Assembly (NCBI GenBank): GCA_035221665.1
Contig: CM069134.1
Location: 91,140,001 to 91,204,000, forward strand
DNA length: 64,000 nucleotides
Reading direction: 5' to 3'
Source: Okamejei kenojei
Taxonomy: Eukaryota
A model generated the notes under the pieces. The model was given only the letters and a program-made list of their open reading frames with translations, had not been told where the DNA came from and did no database searches. Positions 50,733 to 63,058 of the stretch are shown here, one piece after another. Numbering within the stretch: the first letter of the stretch is position 1; each line of letters opens with the position of its first letter. The position numbers and the translations under genes were made by a program.

Positions 50733-52350
50733 CAGTGGCTTTCAAAAGTATTCATACCCCTTGAACTTTTCCACATTACAACCACAAACGTAAATGTATT
50801 TTATTGGGATTTTATGTGATAGACCAACACAAAGTGGTGCATAATTGTGAAGTGGAAGGAAAATGATACATGGTTTTCAAATTTTATTACAAATAAAAAA
50901 CTGAAAAGTGTGGCATGCAAAAGTATTCAGCCCCCCTGAGTCAATATTTTGTAGAACCACCTTTCGCTGCAATTACAGCTGCAAGTCTTTTGGGGTATCT
51001 CTACCAGCTTTGCACATCTAGAGACTGACATTTTTGCCCATTCTTCTTTGCAAAATAGCTCAAGCTCAGTCGGATTGGATGGAGAGCGTCTGTGAACAGC
51101 AATTTCCAAGTCTTGCCAGAGATTCTCAATTGGATTTAGGTCTGGTCTTTGACTGGGCCATTCTAACACACGAATATGCTTTGATCTAAACCATTCCATT
51201 GTAGCTCTGGCTGTATGTTTAGGGTTGTTGGCCTGCTGAAAGGTGAACCTCCGCCCCAGTCTCAAGTCTTTTGCAGACTCTAACAGGTTTTCTTCCAAGA
51301 TTGCCCTGTATTTGGCTCCATCCATCTTCCCATCAACTCTGACCAGCTTCCCTGTCCCTGCTGAAGAAAAGCATTTGAATAGCATGATGCTGCCACCACC
51401 ATGTTTCACAGTGGGGATGGTGTGTTCAGGGTGATGTGCAGTGTCAGTTTTCCACCACACATAGCGTTTTGCATTTATGCCAAAAACTTCAATTTGGGTC
51501 TCATCAGACCAGAGCACCTTCCTCCACATGTTTGCTGTATCCCCCACATGACTTGTGGCAAACTGCAAATGGGACTTCTTATGGCTTTGTTTCAACAATG
51601 GCTTTCTTCTTGCCACTCTTCCATAAAGGCCTGATTTGTGGAGTGCACGACTAATAGTTGTCCTGTGGACAGAATCTCCCACCTGAGCTGTGGATCTCTG
51701 CAGCTCCTCCAGAGTTGCCATGGGCCTCTTGGCTGCTTCTCTGATCAATGCTCTCCTTGCCCGGCCTGTCAGTTTAGGTGGATGGCCATGTCTTGGTAGG
51801 TTTGCAGTTGTGCCATACTCTTTCCATTTTTGGATGATGGATTGAACAGTGCTCCGTGAGATGTTCAAAGCTTGGGATATTTTTTTTAATAACATAACCC
51901 TGCTTTAAACTTCTCCATGACTTTATCCCTGACCTGTCTGGTGTGTTCCTTGGGCTTCATGATGCCCAAGGAACATTGTTTGTTCACTAATGTTCTCTAA
52001 CAAACCTCTGAGGCCTTCACAGAACAGCTGCATTTATACTGAGATTAGATTACACACAAGTGGACTCTATTTACTAATTAGGTGACTTCTGAAGGCAACT
52101 GGTTGCACTGGATTTTATTTAGGGGTATCAGAGTAAAGGGGGCTGAATACTTTTGCGCGCCACACTTTTCAGTTTTTTATTTGTAAAAAGATTTGAAAAC
52201 CATGTATAATTTTCCTTCCACTTCACAATTATGCGCCACTTTGTGTTGGTCTATCACATAAAATCCTAATAAAAAACATTTACGTTTGTGGTTGTAACGT
52301 GACAAAATATAGAAAAGTTCAAGTGGTATGAATACTTTTGCAAGCCACTG
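50733..52350 (-). mobile_element. Full-length Tc1 transposon, IR/DR type, 1618 bp
   Basis: TA target duplication (50731-32, 52351-52); CAGTG...CACTG ends; ~200-bp TIRs (50733-50935, 52138-52350), each with two AAAAGTATTCA direct repeats. Confidence 0.97.
50927..51960 (-). pseudogene. Tc1 DD34E transposase, inactivated
   Basis: Starts MKPKEHTRQVRDK at 51960; frameshift near 51885; WSDET, FQQANNPKH (catalytic D replaced by A) and PDLNPIENLW; C-terminal frameshift near 51000. Confidence 0.93.
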
Positions 52351-53465
52351 TATGTGTGTGTATATGTATGTGTATATGCGATTGTCTTTACATCTTTGCA
52401 AAAACACTATATAGTAATGATTACATTTTTACATAATCTGATTGACATTTTTCCCCTCGAGGCTGAGAGCAACTTCACTGAACTTTTTATGCTTTATATC
52501 TCGACTTGTAACTAAAAGTAAGGTTTAAAAACTTCAAAATACTTTGAATTTAAAACAATCAGTTTTCACTGATGACGTCACAATGGCCCCGCTAGCAGTG
52601 ATCAGCTTCACTGAAGATTTTTCCGATATTTGAAACATTATTCATGATTTAAGCTTCAAAAATGCCAACTTTCACAAGTTTTTTACATATTCCGATTCAC
52701 ATTTTGACCCTCTTGGCAGAGTTCACCTTCACTGAACATTTTTATGCTTTATTTCTCGAATTATTATTGATTAAAGTTAAAATAGCTTTGAATTTAAAAT
52801 GACCAGCTTCAACCGATGATGTCACAATGGCTCGGCTAGCAGTGACGAGGCAGGAACACGCTGAACCTTTCACTTCACAGGAGGGGGAGGGGGAATTGCT
52901 ATTGTAACATGCAGGGGAAGTGCAATTGGAAATTTTTTAAAGCCCACTGCTCAGGGAGGCAGGGGAGTGCTGGAACCTTACGTTCGGGAATGGCTTGAAT
53001 TGGAGGAACATGCCTCCCGTGGGGTAACAGGTAGGGAACGGTGCGGTGGGGGAGCAGACCTGATGTGAATTAATGGGTCTGCAGTTGGTCTAGTCTATAT
53101 TACTAAAAGTCTGATCTTGACCACTTCCAGTTGTTCTGTATATTGATTTTAGATAAAACACTGCCACTTATGGCTGTGATTTTTGGCCATCTTACTCAAA
53201 GTCCCTTTTCGCTGCGCAGGACAAGAGGATTTGTCCCATCGATGAAAAATAAAATTGAGTTATTAGTGTTTAAAAAAATGCTTTTCCATTGGGACTATAA
53301 AAGCCTTCCATTGGGACTATAAAACCCAGAGTGTTGAGTGCCTCAGTCAGTCTCTGCAAGATGGGGGAGCGAGAGGGTCACGTTTCTCGGTCTGAGCTGT
53401 GAATAACACTGAACTGTGAGTGGTTTTACTGACCTGTCAGTGCCCTTAATGTGGTTTGAAAATAT

Positions 53466-53670
53466 AGTTTGGAAATGCTAAAGCTGTGTTGCCTTTGGTT
53501 TGGAAATGCTAAAGCTGTGTTGCCTTTGGTTTGGAAATGCTAAAGCTGTGTTGCCCAATTAAAGTTGCCTTGCCTACTTAAAGTTGCCTTGCCTAATTAA
53601 AGTTGTCTTGCCTAATTAAAGTTGCCTTGCCTAATTAAAGTTGCCTTGCCTAATTAAAGTTGCCATGCCT
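53466..53670. repeat. Adjacent minisatellites (31-bp x3; 19-bp x6)
   Basis: GTTTGGAAATGCTAAAGCTGTGTTGCCTTTG three times, then AATTAAAGTTGCCTTGCCT six times. Confidence 0.92.
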
Positions 53671-54211
53671 TTTATATAATTAAAAGTGTAATCTTGACCA
53701 CTTCCTGTTTGTGCTCTATATTGATTTTAGAAACAACGCTACCATCTACGGCTGTGATTTTTGGCCATCTTACTCAGAGTCCCCCTCCGCCCATCAGGTG
53801 CCGAGGATTATTCCCATCGATGAAAAATAAAAGAGTTATTTGTGTTTAAAAAATGTAGAGATTCTCTCTCCTGTCAACCATGCCATGAAGGCCACACCCC
53901 TTCTGGTGGGAGGGGGGAGGGACTATAAAACCCAGAAGTGTGGGCATGGCTCACTTTCTGCAAGATGGAGGAGGGAGAGGTAACGACACGCTGTCTTTAG
54001 TGGCCTTGCACCCTGCTTGAAATGGTATGAAACTGCACTTGAATTTGGTGGCCTTGCACCCTGCTTGAAATGGAATTTCAAGGAATAGCCGTGAGTCAAC
54101 TGCCAGCCCACCAGCTATGAGGGAGTGAGCTTCCAGCTCAACAGGCTTGAGTGACTGAGCCGCCAGCCCAAGAATCCATTTGGCCCACAATGTCCATGCT
54201 AGCCCTCTGGA

Positions 54212-54845
54212 ATTCAGAGATTCAAAAGATTCAGCAGCATTTAGACCAGTGGAAATATGAACAGAAAAATGGCAGATGGCAATAAGTACAGACAGCTGTG
54301 AGGTATAGCACTTTCAGAGGTCATATGTAAGAGGAAAGTTTACAGTAAATGGAATGACTCTTATGATATTGAGAGGGACCTTTTGGTGCAGATCCTATAC
54401 AAGTCAATTGGGTGATATTGAATACACCATGTTTTTCTTCAATAGTTGGGTTACTGTGTATAAAAGTCAGTAAGTTATGTGTCATCTGTATAAAACTTTG
54501 GAAAAAACACATTAGAATACGTATACCAGGCTGTTGCCTGATTAGATTATAAGTTATAAAGCAAGGTTGAACAAATGTGAATTATTGTATCTGGAGCATT
54601 AGAATTTGAGGGGAGATTGAGTTATATTATCACGAGATGCATAGACAGGGTAAATAGTCAATCTTTTTCCCAGAGTGGAAAAGTCAAATACCCAAGGGCG
54701 TAGATTTAAGATTAAAGTTTAAAGGAGATTTGCAAAGCAAGTTTGTTATACAGAGAATTTTACTTGCCTGGACAGGGGAGGTGGTGCAAGCAGATACAAT
54801 GGTAATGTTTGAGAGCGATTTAGCTAGACACATGAACAGGTAGAG
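54212..54845 (+). mobile_element. Old degenerate CR1 LINE, 3' portion
   Basis: Decayed KWQM....CEV.HF motif and C-terminal/3' UTR similarity to 56260-56990. Confidence 0.65.
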
Positions 54846-54889
54846 AATCTATCTTGGGAAGCTCAACCTAATTTTTTTTAAAAGTACAG

Positions 54890-55305
54890 ATTTATATAGC
54901 ACCTTGTTTATCCATTTCAGAGTGTTTTCCTGTGAATGAAATGTGGTTATGTTTTTAAAGGAGAAAAGCATGGCACCCAATTTGCATCCAAGAAGCTCTC
55001 AAAAGAGAACAATGATAATGAACTAATGATATGTTTTAGAATTTTTGTATGGGGTGGTAAATATTGGGCAGTGCACAAGATAACTTCCCTGCAGTCATAT
55101 AAAATAGTCACATGAGATGTTATGTGCACGTGAGAGCACAGACAGAGCCTAGGTTTACTATCTTATTCAAATGGCTGTCTCTCTGGTAGTCACAGGGCAT
55201 TGCACCTACATGCCAGCCTACGCAATTGTGCTCCTATCACTGGGGAGTACTTAAACTCTCTTATCTTCCGTCTCAGAAACAAGAGTGATTCACAGTTGTC
55301 ACCAT
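54890..55305 (-). mobile_element. Ancient Deu-domain SINE
   Basis: TTTATATAGCACC tail; GGCACCCAATTTGCA; TAAATATTGG...AATAGTCACATGAGAT...GAGAGCACAGACAGAGCCTAGGTTTA. Confidence 0.55.
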
Positions 55306-55307
55306 TA

Positions 55308-57099
55308 GATAAATTGGACCATTAGAGAGCCAGAATGGACAGCTATCTGCAGAGCCAAAAGAGATGGGGAGATATTGAACAATTTATTTTCTTTGGTATT
55401 CACCAAGGAGAAGGATATTGAACTCTGTGAGGTAAGGGAAAAAGGTAGAGTAGCTATGGAAACTATGAAATTCAATGAGGGGGAAGTACTGACACTTTTG
55501 AAAAATATAAAAGTGGGTAAGTCTCCAGGTCCTGACAGGATAATCCCTAGGACATTGAGGGAAGTTAGTGTAGAAATAGCAGGAGCTATGACTGAAATAT
55601 TTCAAATGTCATTAGAAACGGGAATAGTGCCGGAGGATTGGCGTACTGCGCATGTTGTTCCATTTTTTAAAAAGGGTTCAGAGAATAAACCTAGCAATTA
55701 TAGACCTGTTAGTTTTACGTCAGTGGTGGGCAAATTATTGGAAAGGATACTTAGAGATAATATATATAAGCATCTGGATAAACAGGGTCTGATCAGGAAC
55801 AGTCAACATGGATTTGTGCCTGGAAGGTCATGTTTGACAAACCTTCTTGATTTTTTGAAGCGGTTACTAGGGAAATTGATGAGGGTAAAGCAGTGGATGT
55901 TGTCTATGTGGATTTCAGTAAGGCCTTTGACAAGGTTCCCCATGGAAGGTTGGTTAAGAAGGTTCAATCTTTGGGTATTAATGGCGGAGTAGCAAGATGG
56001 ATTCAACAGTGGCTGAATGGGAGATGTCAGAGAGTAATGGTGGATGGCTGTTTGTCAGGTTGGAAGCTGGTGACCAGTGGGGTGCCTCAGGGATCTATGT
56101 TGGGTCCACTGTTGTTTGTCATGTACATCAATGATCTGGATGATGGGGTAGAAAATTGGATAAGTAAGTATGCAGATGATACTAAGATAGGTGGTATTGT
56201 GGATAATGAAGTAGATTTTCAAAGTCTGCAGAGAGATTTGGGCCATTTGGAAAAGTGGGCTGAAAGATGGCAGATGGAGTTTAATGCTGATAAGTGTGAA
56301 GTGCTACATCTTGGCAGGACAAATCAAAATAGGACGTACATGGTAATGGTAGGGAATTGAGGAAAGCTGTGGAACAGAGAGATCTAGGAATAACTGTGCA
56401 TAGTTCGCTGAAGGTGGAATCGCGTGTAGATAGGGTGGTAAAGAAAGCCTTTGGTGTGCTGGCCTTTATAAATCAGAGCATTGAATATAGGAGTAGGGAA
56501 GTAATGTTAAAATTGTACAAGGCATTGGTAAGACCAATTCTGGAGTATGGTGTACAATTTTGGTCGCCTAATATTAGGAAGGATGTCAACAAAAGAGAGA
56601 GATTACAGAGGAGATTTACTAGAATGTTGCCTGGGTTCCGGCAACTATGTTACAGAGAAAGGTTGAACAAGTTAGGTCTTTATTCTTTGGAGTGCAGAAG
56701 GTTAAGGGGGGACTTGATTGAGGTCTTTAAAATGATGAAAGGGATAGACAGAGTTGACGTGGATAAGCTTTTCCCATTGAGGGTAGGGAAGATTCAAACA
56801 AGAGGGCATGACATGAGAATTAAGGGACAGAAGTTTCGGGGTAACGTGAGGGGGAACTTCTTTACTCAGAGGGTGGTGGCTGCGTGGAATGAGCTTCCAG
56901 CAGAAGTGGTGGAGGCAGGATCGATTTTAATATTTAAAAGTAAAGTGGATAGGTATATGGACGTGAAGGGAATGGAGGGGTATGGTCTGTGCAGGTAGAT
57001 GGGACTAGGGGAAAACAAATGGTCGGCATGGACTGGAAGGGCCGAGAGGGCCTGTTTCCGTGCTGTAATTGTTATATGGTTATATGGTTATATGGTTAT
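55308..57099 (+). mobile_element. CR1 LINE, RT domain to tail, second subfamily with (TATATGGT)n tail
   Basis: KSPGPD, NYRPVS, QHGF, DFSKAFDKV, GVPQGS, YADD and RPILEYGVQFWSP across three frameshifted ORFs. Confidence 0.96.
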
Positions 57100-58349
57100 C
57101 AAAGAAGGCAAGCAGTGTTTTGCAGGTGCACTCTTATAATTTGTACAAAGGTTTACTCTACAACTGGCAACATTTGTTGAATTGTATCATCGTGTCATCT
57201 TTGAGTTAAATATTCAAAGAAAAAAGTGGGAATATAAATTATTTTGCCAGCTCTTTTGACCCTAATGACATTAAGTAAAGATCTGCTGACATTTGATTGC
57301 ATTCTTTTGATAATCTTACTCAGGCATGCCTCACCCTTCTGCAAACCTGTTTCTCTGAAATGCAATTTATGACATGACAGCTTAAAAGTCACAAGCCAGA
57401 TCTAAGTTTATCTCTTAATGGAAGTTGTGCCTGAACATGCATTTGTAAGCTTGGTGCCACATGGGAAATGTAGTTTTATTTTTGTATGAAAGTCTGACTG
57501 TAAAACTGTGCTGTGGTCTCTCCCATATGCTGTGATTTTCTTTCTAACCAGCTGCAGCTTGTTCTGCCTTGTTACAAATGTTGGCTGTGTTCAAGCAGCC
57601 CATCGGTGTACACAGAGGCGTTTAACTCATTCCCTACTCCACTGCTCTTCCTGGGATGGTTTCCAGTTCCTGGACAATTGCCAGATGGAGCAATCTTTAT
57701 AGCTGTGTGATCGTAGTCTCAGCTGCAGAAGATGACATCATCATAGTCATTGCATGCCAGTGCTTACCACTGGTAAAGTGCAAATTAAGCATTTCTAGAA
57801 TTTTCGACACCTGTGTGGGAGATAACATCGTGAACAATTAAAGGAAAGCTTGTGTGATTCATAAATGTCATCTGAGCTCTGAAATGTAACTCTTTGCTCA
57901 AGGGTATTGAAGGAAATGGAGCCAAGACTGGGGGATGGAGTTAAGGATACATGTAAGGCAGTCACATTGAATGGCAGAACAGACTTCCAAAGAATCTTAC
58001 GCACCTGAACCAGTTTTATTTTGTAAGAACATAGGAAGTAAAACCAAAGGTACTTCTCACCAAAGTTGCCCGACAACTCTTTATTTATCATGTCTGGTTT
58101 CTTTTCCATTCTTGATTTTAACTGCCCCATATTTTGACAACCATATCTCTAGGAGCCTCGATCCCAAGTTCCAGAATCCCTTTGCCTAAACTCTTTAATT
58201 CTAATGCAACCTCACTCTTTAAAGACAATCCCTATACCTACCTCCTTAAACAAGGCTGTGCAAATATATTTTCATGTGATCTTTGGGTGTGGAAAGGCTT
58301 GGTTCATTATTACCACAATAAACGTGCATTTTAAATGCAAGCTGTGGGC

Positions 58350-58980
58350 TAGACAATAAACAATAGACAATAGGTGCAGGAGTAGGCCATTCGGCCCATC
58401 GAGCCTTGGCTTATCATCCCCAATCAGTACCCCGTATGGCCTTCTCCCCATATCCCCCGACTATTTTTAAGAGCCCTATCTAGCCCTCTCTTGAAAGCAT
58501 CCAGAGAACCTGCCTCCACCGCCCTCTGAGGCAGAGAATTCCACACTCACCACTCTCTGTGAGAAAAAGTGTTTCCTCCTCTCCATTCCAAATGGCTTAC
58601 TCCTTATTCTTAAACTGTGGCCCCTGGTCCAACATTGGGAACATGTTTCCTGCCTCTATCATGTCCATACCCTTAACAATCTTATATGTTTCAATGAGAT
58701 CCACTCTCATCCTTCTAAACTCCAGAGTGTACAAGCCCAGCTGTTCCATTCTCTCAGCATTTGACAGTCCCGCCATCCTGGGAATTAGCCTTGCAAACCT
58801 ACGCTGCATTCCCTCAATAGCAAGAATGTCCTTCTTATAATTAGGGAACAAAAACTGAACACAATACTCCAGGTGTGGTCTCACTAGGGCTCTGTACAAC
58901 TGCAGTAGGACCTCTCTGCTCCTATATTCAATTCCCCTTCTTATAAAGGCCAACATGCCATTCGCTTTCTTCACTGCCTG
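58350..58980 (-). mobile_element. CR1 LINE 3' part (host of a nested insertion)
   Basis: ORF 58597..58974 KKANGMLAFI...RPHLEYCVQF; (ACAATAG) tail at ~58352-58373. Confidence 0.93.
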
Positions 58981-61435
58981 GGTGTTGTGTACAGGCCACC
59001 TAACAGTAGTAGTGGAGTTGGGGATGGCATCAAACAGGTAATTAGAAATGTGTGCAACGAAGGTAAAACCGTTATAATGGGTGACTTCAATCTACATATA
59101 GATTGGGTGAATCAAATTGGCAGGGGTGCTGAGGAAGAGGATTTCTTGGAATGTATGCGGGATAGTTTTCTAAACCAACATATGGAGGAACCAACGAGAG
59201 AGCAGGCTATTCTAGACTGGATATTGAGTAATGAGGAAGGGTTAGTTAGCAGCCTTGTTGTACGCGGCCCCTTGGGCAAGAGTGACCATAATATGGTTGA
59301 GTTCTTCATTAGGATGGAGAGTGACATTGTTAATTCAGAAACACGGGTCCTGAACTTAAAGAAAGGTAACTTTGAGGGAATGAGACGTGAATTGGTCAAG
59401 ATCGACTGGCAATTGATTCTTGAAGGGTTGACGGTGGATATGCAATGGAAGGCATTTAAAGACTGCATGCATGACCTACAACAATTGTTCATCCCAGTGT
59501 GGCAAAAGAATAAATCAGAGAAGGTGGCGCATCCGTGGATAACGAGGGAAATCAGGGATAGTATCAAAGAAAAAGATGAAGCATACAAATTAGCCAGTAA
59601 AAGCAGCCTACCAGAGGACTGGGAGAAATTCAGAGACCAACAGAGGAGGACAAAGGGCAAATTAGGAAAGGGAAAATGGAGTATGAAAGAAAACTGGCAG
59701 GAAACATAAAAACTGACTGCAAAAGTTTTTATCGATATGTGAAGCGCAAAAGATTAGTTAAAACAAAACAAATGTAGGTCCCTTGCAGTCAGAAACGGGT
59801 GAATTTATCATGGGGAACAAGGACATGGCAGACCAATTGAATAACTACTTTGGTTCTGTCTTCACTAAGGAAGACATAAATAATTAGCAGGGGATCGCGG
59901 ATCAAATGAGATGGAGGAAATGAATGAAATCCAGGTTAGCCGGAAAGTGGTGTTAGGTAAATTGAATGGATTAAAGGCCGATAAATCCCCAGGGCCAGAT
60001 AGGCTGCATCCCAGGGTACTTAAGGAAGTAGCCCCAGAAATAGCAGATGCCTTAGTGATAATTTTTCAAAATTCTTTAGATTCTGGAGTAGTTCCTGAGG
60101 ATTGGAGCGTAGCTAATGTAACCCCACTTTTTAAAAAGGGAGTGAGAGAAAATGGGGAATTACAGACCAGTTAGTCTAACATCGGTAGTGGAGAAACTGC
60201 TAGTTTTAATTATTAAAGATGGGATAGCAGCGCATTTGGAAAGTGGTGAAATCATTGGACAAAGTCAGCATGGATTTACGAAGGGTAAATCATGTCTGAC
60301 GAATCTTATTGAATTTTTTGAGGATGTAACTAGTAGAGTGGATAAGGGAGAAGCAGTGGATGTGTTATATCTGGACTTTCAGAAGGCTTGAAGCAAAGAG
60401 TAGGAGTGAACGGGTCCTTTTCAGGATGGCAGACAGTGACTAGTGGGGTGTCGCAAGGCTCAGTGCTGGGACCCCAGCTATTTACAATATACATTAATGA
60501 TTTGGACGAGGGAATTAAATGCAACAACTCGAAGTTTGCGGATGACATGAAGCTGGGGGGCAGTGTTAGCTGTGAGGAGGATGCTAGGAGGCTGCAGGAT
60601 GACTTGGATAGACTGGGTGAGTGGGCAAATGCATGGCAGATGCAGTATAATGTGGATAAATGTGAGGTTATCCACTTTGGTGGCAAAAACAGGAAGGTAG
60701 ATTATTATTTGAATGGTGACCGATTAGGAAAATGGGAGATGCAGCGAGACCTGGGTGTCATGGTACACCAGTCATTGAAAGTAGGCATGCAGGTGCAGCA
60801 GGCTGTGAAGAAAGCAAATGGTATGTTGGCGTTCATAGCAAAAGGATTTGAGTACAAGAGCAGGGAGGTTGTACAGGGTCTTGGTGAGGCCACACCTGGA
60901 GTATTGCGTACAGTTTTGGTCTCCTAATCTGAGGAAAGACATTCTTGCCATAGGGGGAGTACAGAGAAGGTTCACCAGACTGATTCCTGGGATGGCACAA
61001 CTTCCATATGAAGAAAGACTGGATAGACTTGGCTTGTACTCGCTGGAATTTAGAAGATTGAGGGGTTATCTCATAGAGACTTACAAAATTCATAAGGGGT
61101 TGTTCCCGATGTTGGGGAAGTCCAGGACAAGGGGTCACAGTTTAAGGATAAGGGGAAAGTCTTTTAGGACCGAGATGAGAAAATCGTGTTTCACACAGAG
61201 AGTGGTGAATCTGTGGAATTCTCTGCCACAGAAGGTAGTTGAGGCCAGTTCGTTGTCCATATTTAAGAGGAGTTGGATGTGGGCTCGTGGCTGAAGGGAT
61301 CAGGGGGTATGGAGAGAAGGCAGGTACAGGATACTGAGTTGGATGATCAGCCATGATCATATTGAATGGCGGTGCAGGTTCGAAGGGCCGAATGCCTGCT
61401 CCTGCACCTAATTTCTATGTTTCTATGTTTCTATG
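58981..61435 (+). mobile_element. CR1 LINE, endonuclease through tail, internal deletion at ~60388
   Basis: YRPP, GDFN and SDHN (APE endonuclease), RT motifs including FADD, and (TTTCTATG)n tail; several frameshifts. Confidence 0.96.
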
Positions 61436-62990
61436 TACCTGCATGCTTACTTTCATAGACTGATGTACAAGGACCCCCAGATCCCATTGTACCTCCCCTT
61501 TTCCCAACTTGATGCCATTTAGATAGTAATCTGCCTTCCTGTTTTTGCTACCAACGTGGATCACCTCACATTTATCCGAATTAAACTTCATCTGCCATGC
61601 ATCTGCCCACTACCCCAACCTGTCCAGGTCACCCTGCATTCTCATAGCATCCTCCTCACAGTTCACACTGCCACCCAGCTTTGTGTCATCTGCAAATTTG
61701 CTAATGTAATTTGAATCCGTTTATCCAAATCATTGATGTATATTGTAAATAGCTACGGTCCTAGCACCGAGCCTTGCAGTGCCCCACTAGTCACTGCCTG
61801 CCATTCTGAAAGGGACCCGTTAATCCCTATTCTTTGTTTCCTGTCTGCTAACCACTTCTCTATGTCAGCACTCAACCCCAATACCATGTGCCCTAATTTT
61901 GCTCACTAATCTCCTATGTGGGACTTTATCAAATGCTTTCTGAAAGTCCAGGTACACTACATCCACTAGCTCTCCATTGTCCATTTTCATAGTTACATCT
62001 TCAAAAACTTCCAGAAGATTTGTCAAGCATGATTTCCCCTTCGTAAATCCATGCTGACTTGGACCGATCCTGTTACTGCTATCCAAATGTTCGGCTATCT
62101 CATCTTTTATAATTTATAATTGGTGCATCTTCCCCACCACTGATGTCAGGCTAACTGGTCTATACAAGAGCGGAACTCGCTATCAAAATATGGAGGGGAC
62201 GGGGAACACAATTTTTTGGGTGCCGCACGCGCATGTGCACACTCACTCACACATGCGTGAGACTTCGGAGGCTCAATCCAGCGCTAAATGCAGCTCAACT
62301 CTGCCTATCTCACCGGGTTAACTACAGCCCTTACTGGACTGACGGGATACTAGCGCTGCTTCTCTGCGCTGGCCATATTTCCCGCAAGCCCAGGCAGGTT
62401 CACTTAGCGGGACAGGCATAGTGTGTTGGGTTTAGTGCTGGCTGTGGGCCTGGGGGCGCCGTGCCCGTCTGACTCCCGACCTCTCTGGCCACCCGTGGGG
62501 GGGGGCACTCGGGTGGGGATGGGACAGCACAGGAGACCCGGCTTGGTTCGATCCTGGCTGCGGATGAGGCGCAGGTCTGTGCCATGTCTCCCTCCTCCAA
62601 TCACCGCGCTCTATCCTCAGTCCCACACCCCCCACCCCCCCACTCACGTCCCCCTCCTCCAATCATTGCGCTGATTCATCATGTCCTGCCCCCATTGCCT
62701 GCTAATGTGTCCCCTCTGGCCCCCCCGGGTTTTCCGCCCCTGGGTCCATAATTCCCTTTTTTCTCTCTCCGGCCTTTCTTAAAAAGTGGGATAACATTAG
62801 CTACCCTCCAATCCACAGGAACTGATCCTGAGTCTAGAGAACATTGGAAAATTATCACCAATGCATCCACGATTTCTAGAGCCATTTCCTTAAGTACCCT
62901 GGGATGCAGACCATCAGCCCCTGGGGATTTATCAGCTTCAGTCCCATCAGTCTATCCAACACCATTTCCTGCTGAATGTGGATTTCCTTC
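61436..62990 (-). mobile_element. CR1 LINE RT portion, continuation of 58350-58980, interrupted by a MITE
   Basis: QHGFTKGKSCLTNL, YLDFQKAFDKVPH and VDWRVANVIPLFKK; colinear across the 58980/61436 junction. Confidence 0.92.
62165..62742. mobile_element. Non-autonomous hAT-like DNA transposon (MITE), 578 bp
   Basis: 8-bp TSD GGTCTATA (62157-62164) / GGTCCATA (62743-62750); imperfect TIRs CAAGAGCGGAA / TTCCGCCCCTG. Confidence 0.8.
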
Positions 62991-63058
62991 ATGGTAGGTT
63001 GCTGGCAGGTGTGCTCTGTGCGCTCTGTGTGTCCATGAATGTTTGTGTTTGTGCGTCT

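Larger units (their letters stand above)
50633..54211 (+). mobile_element. Tandem array of non-autonomous Helitron-like units with internal minisatellites
   Basis: Subterminal GCAGACC...GGTCTGC hairpin then CTAG|TCTATATTACTAAAAG junction at 53093/53094; degenerate copy of the junction at 50695/50696; 53105-53280 repeated at 53681-53855. Confidence 0.65.
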
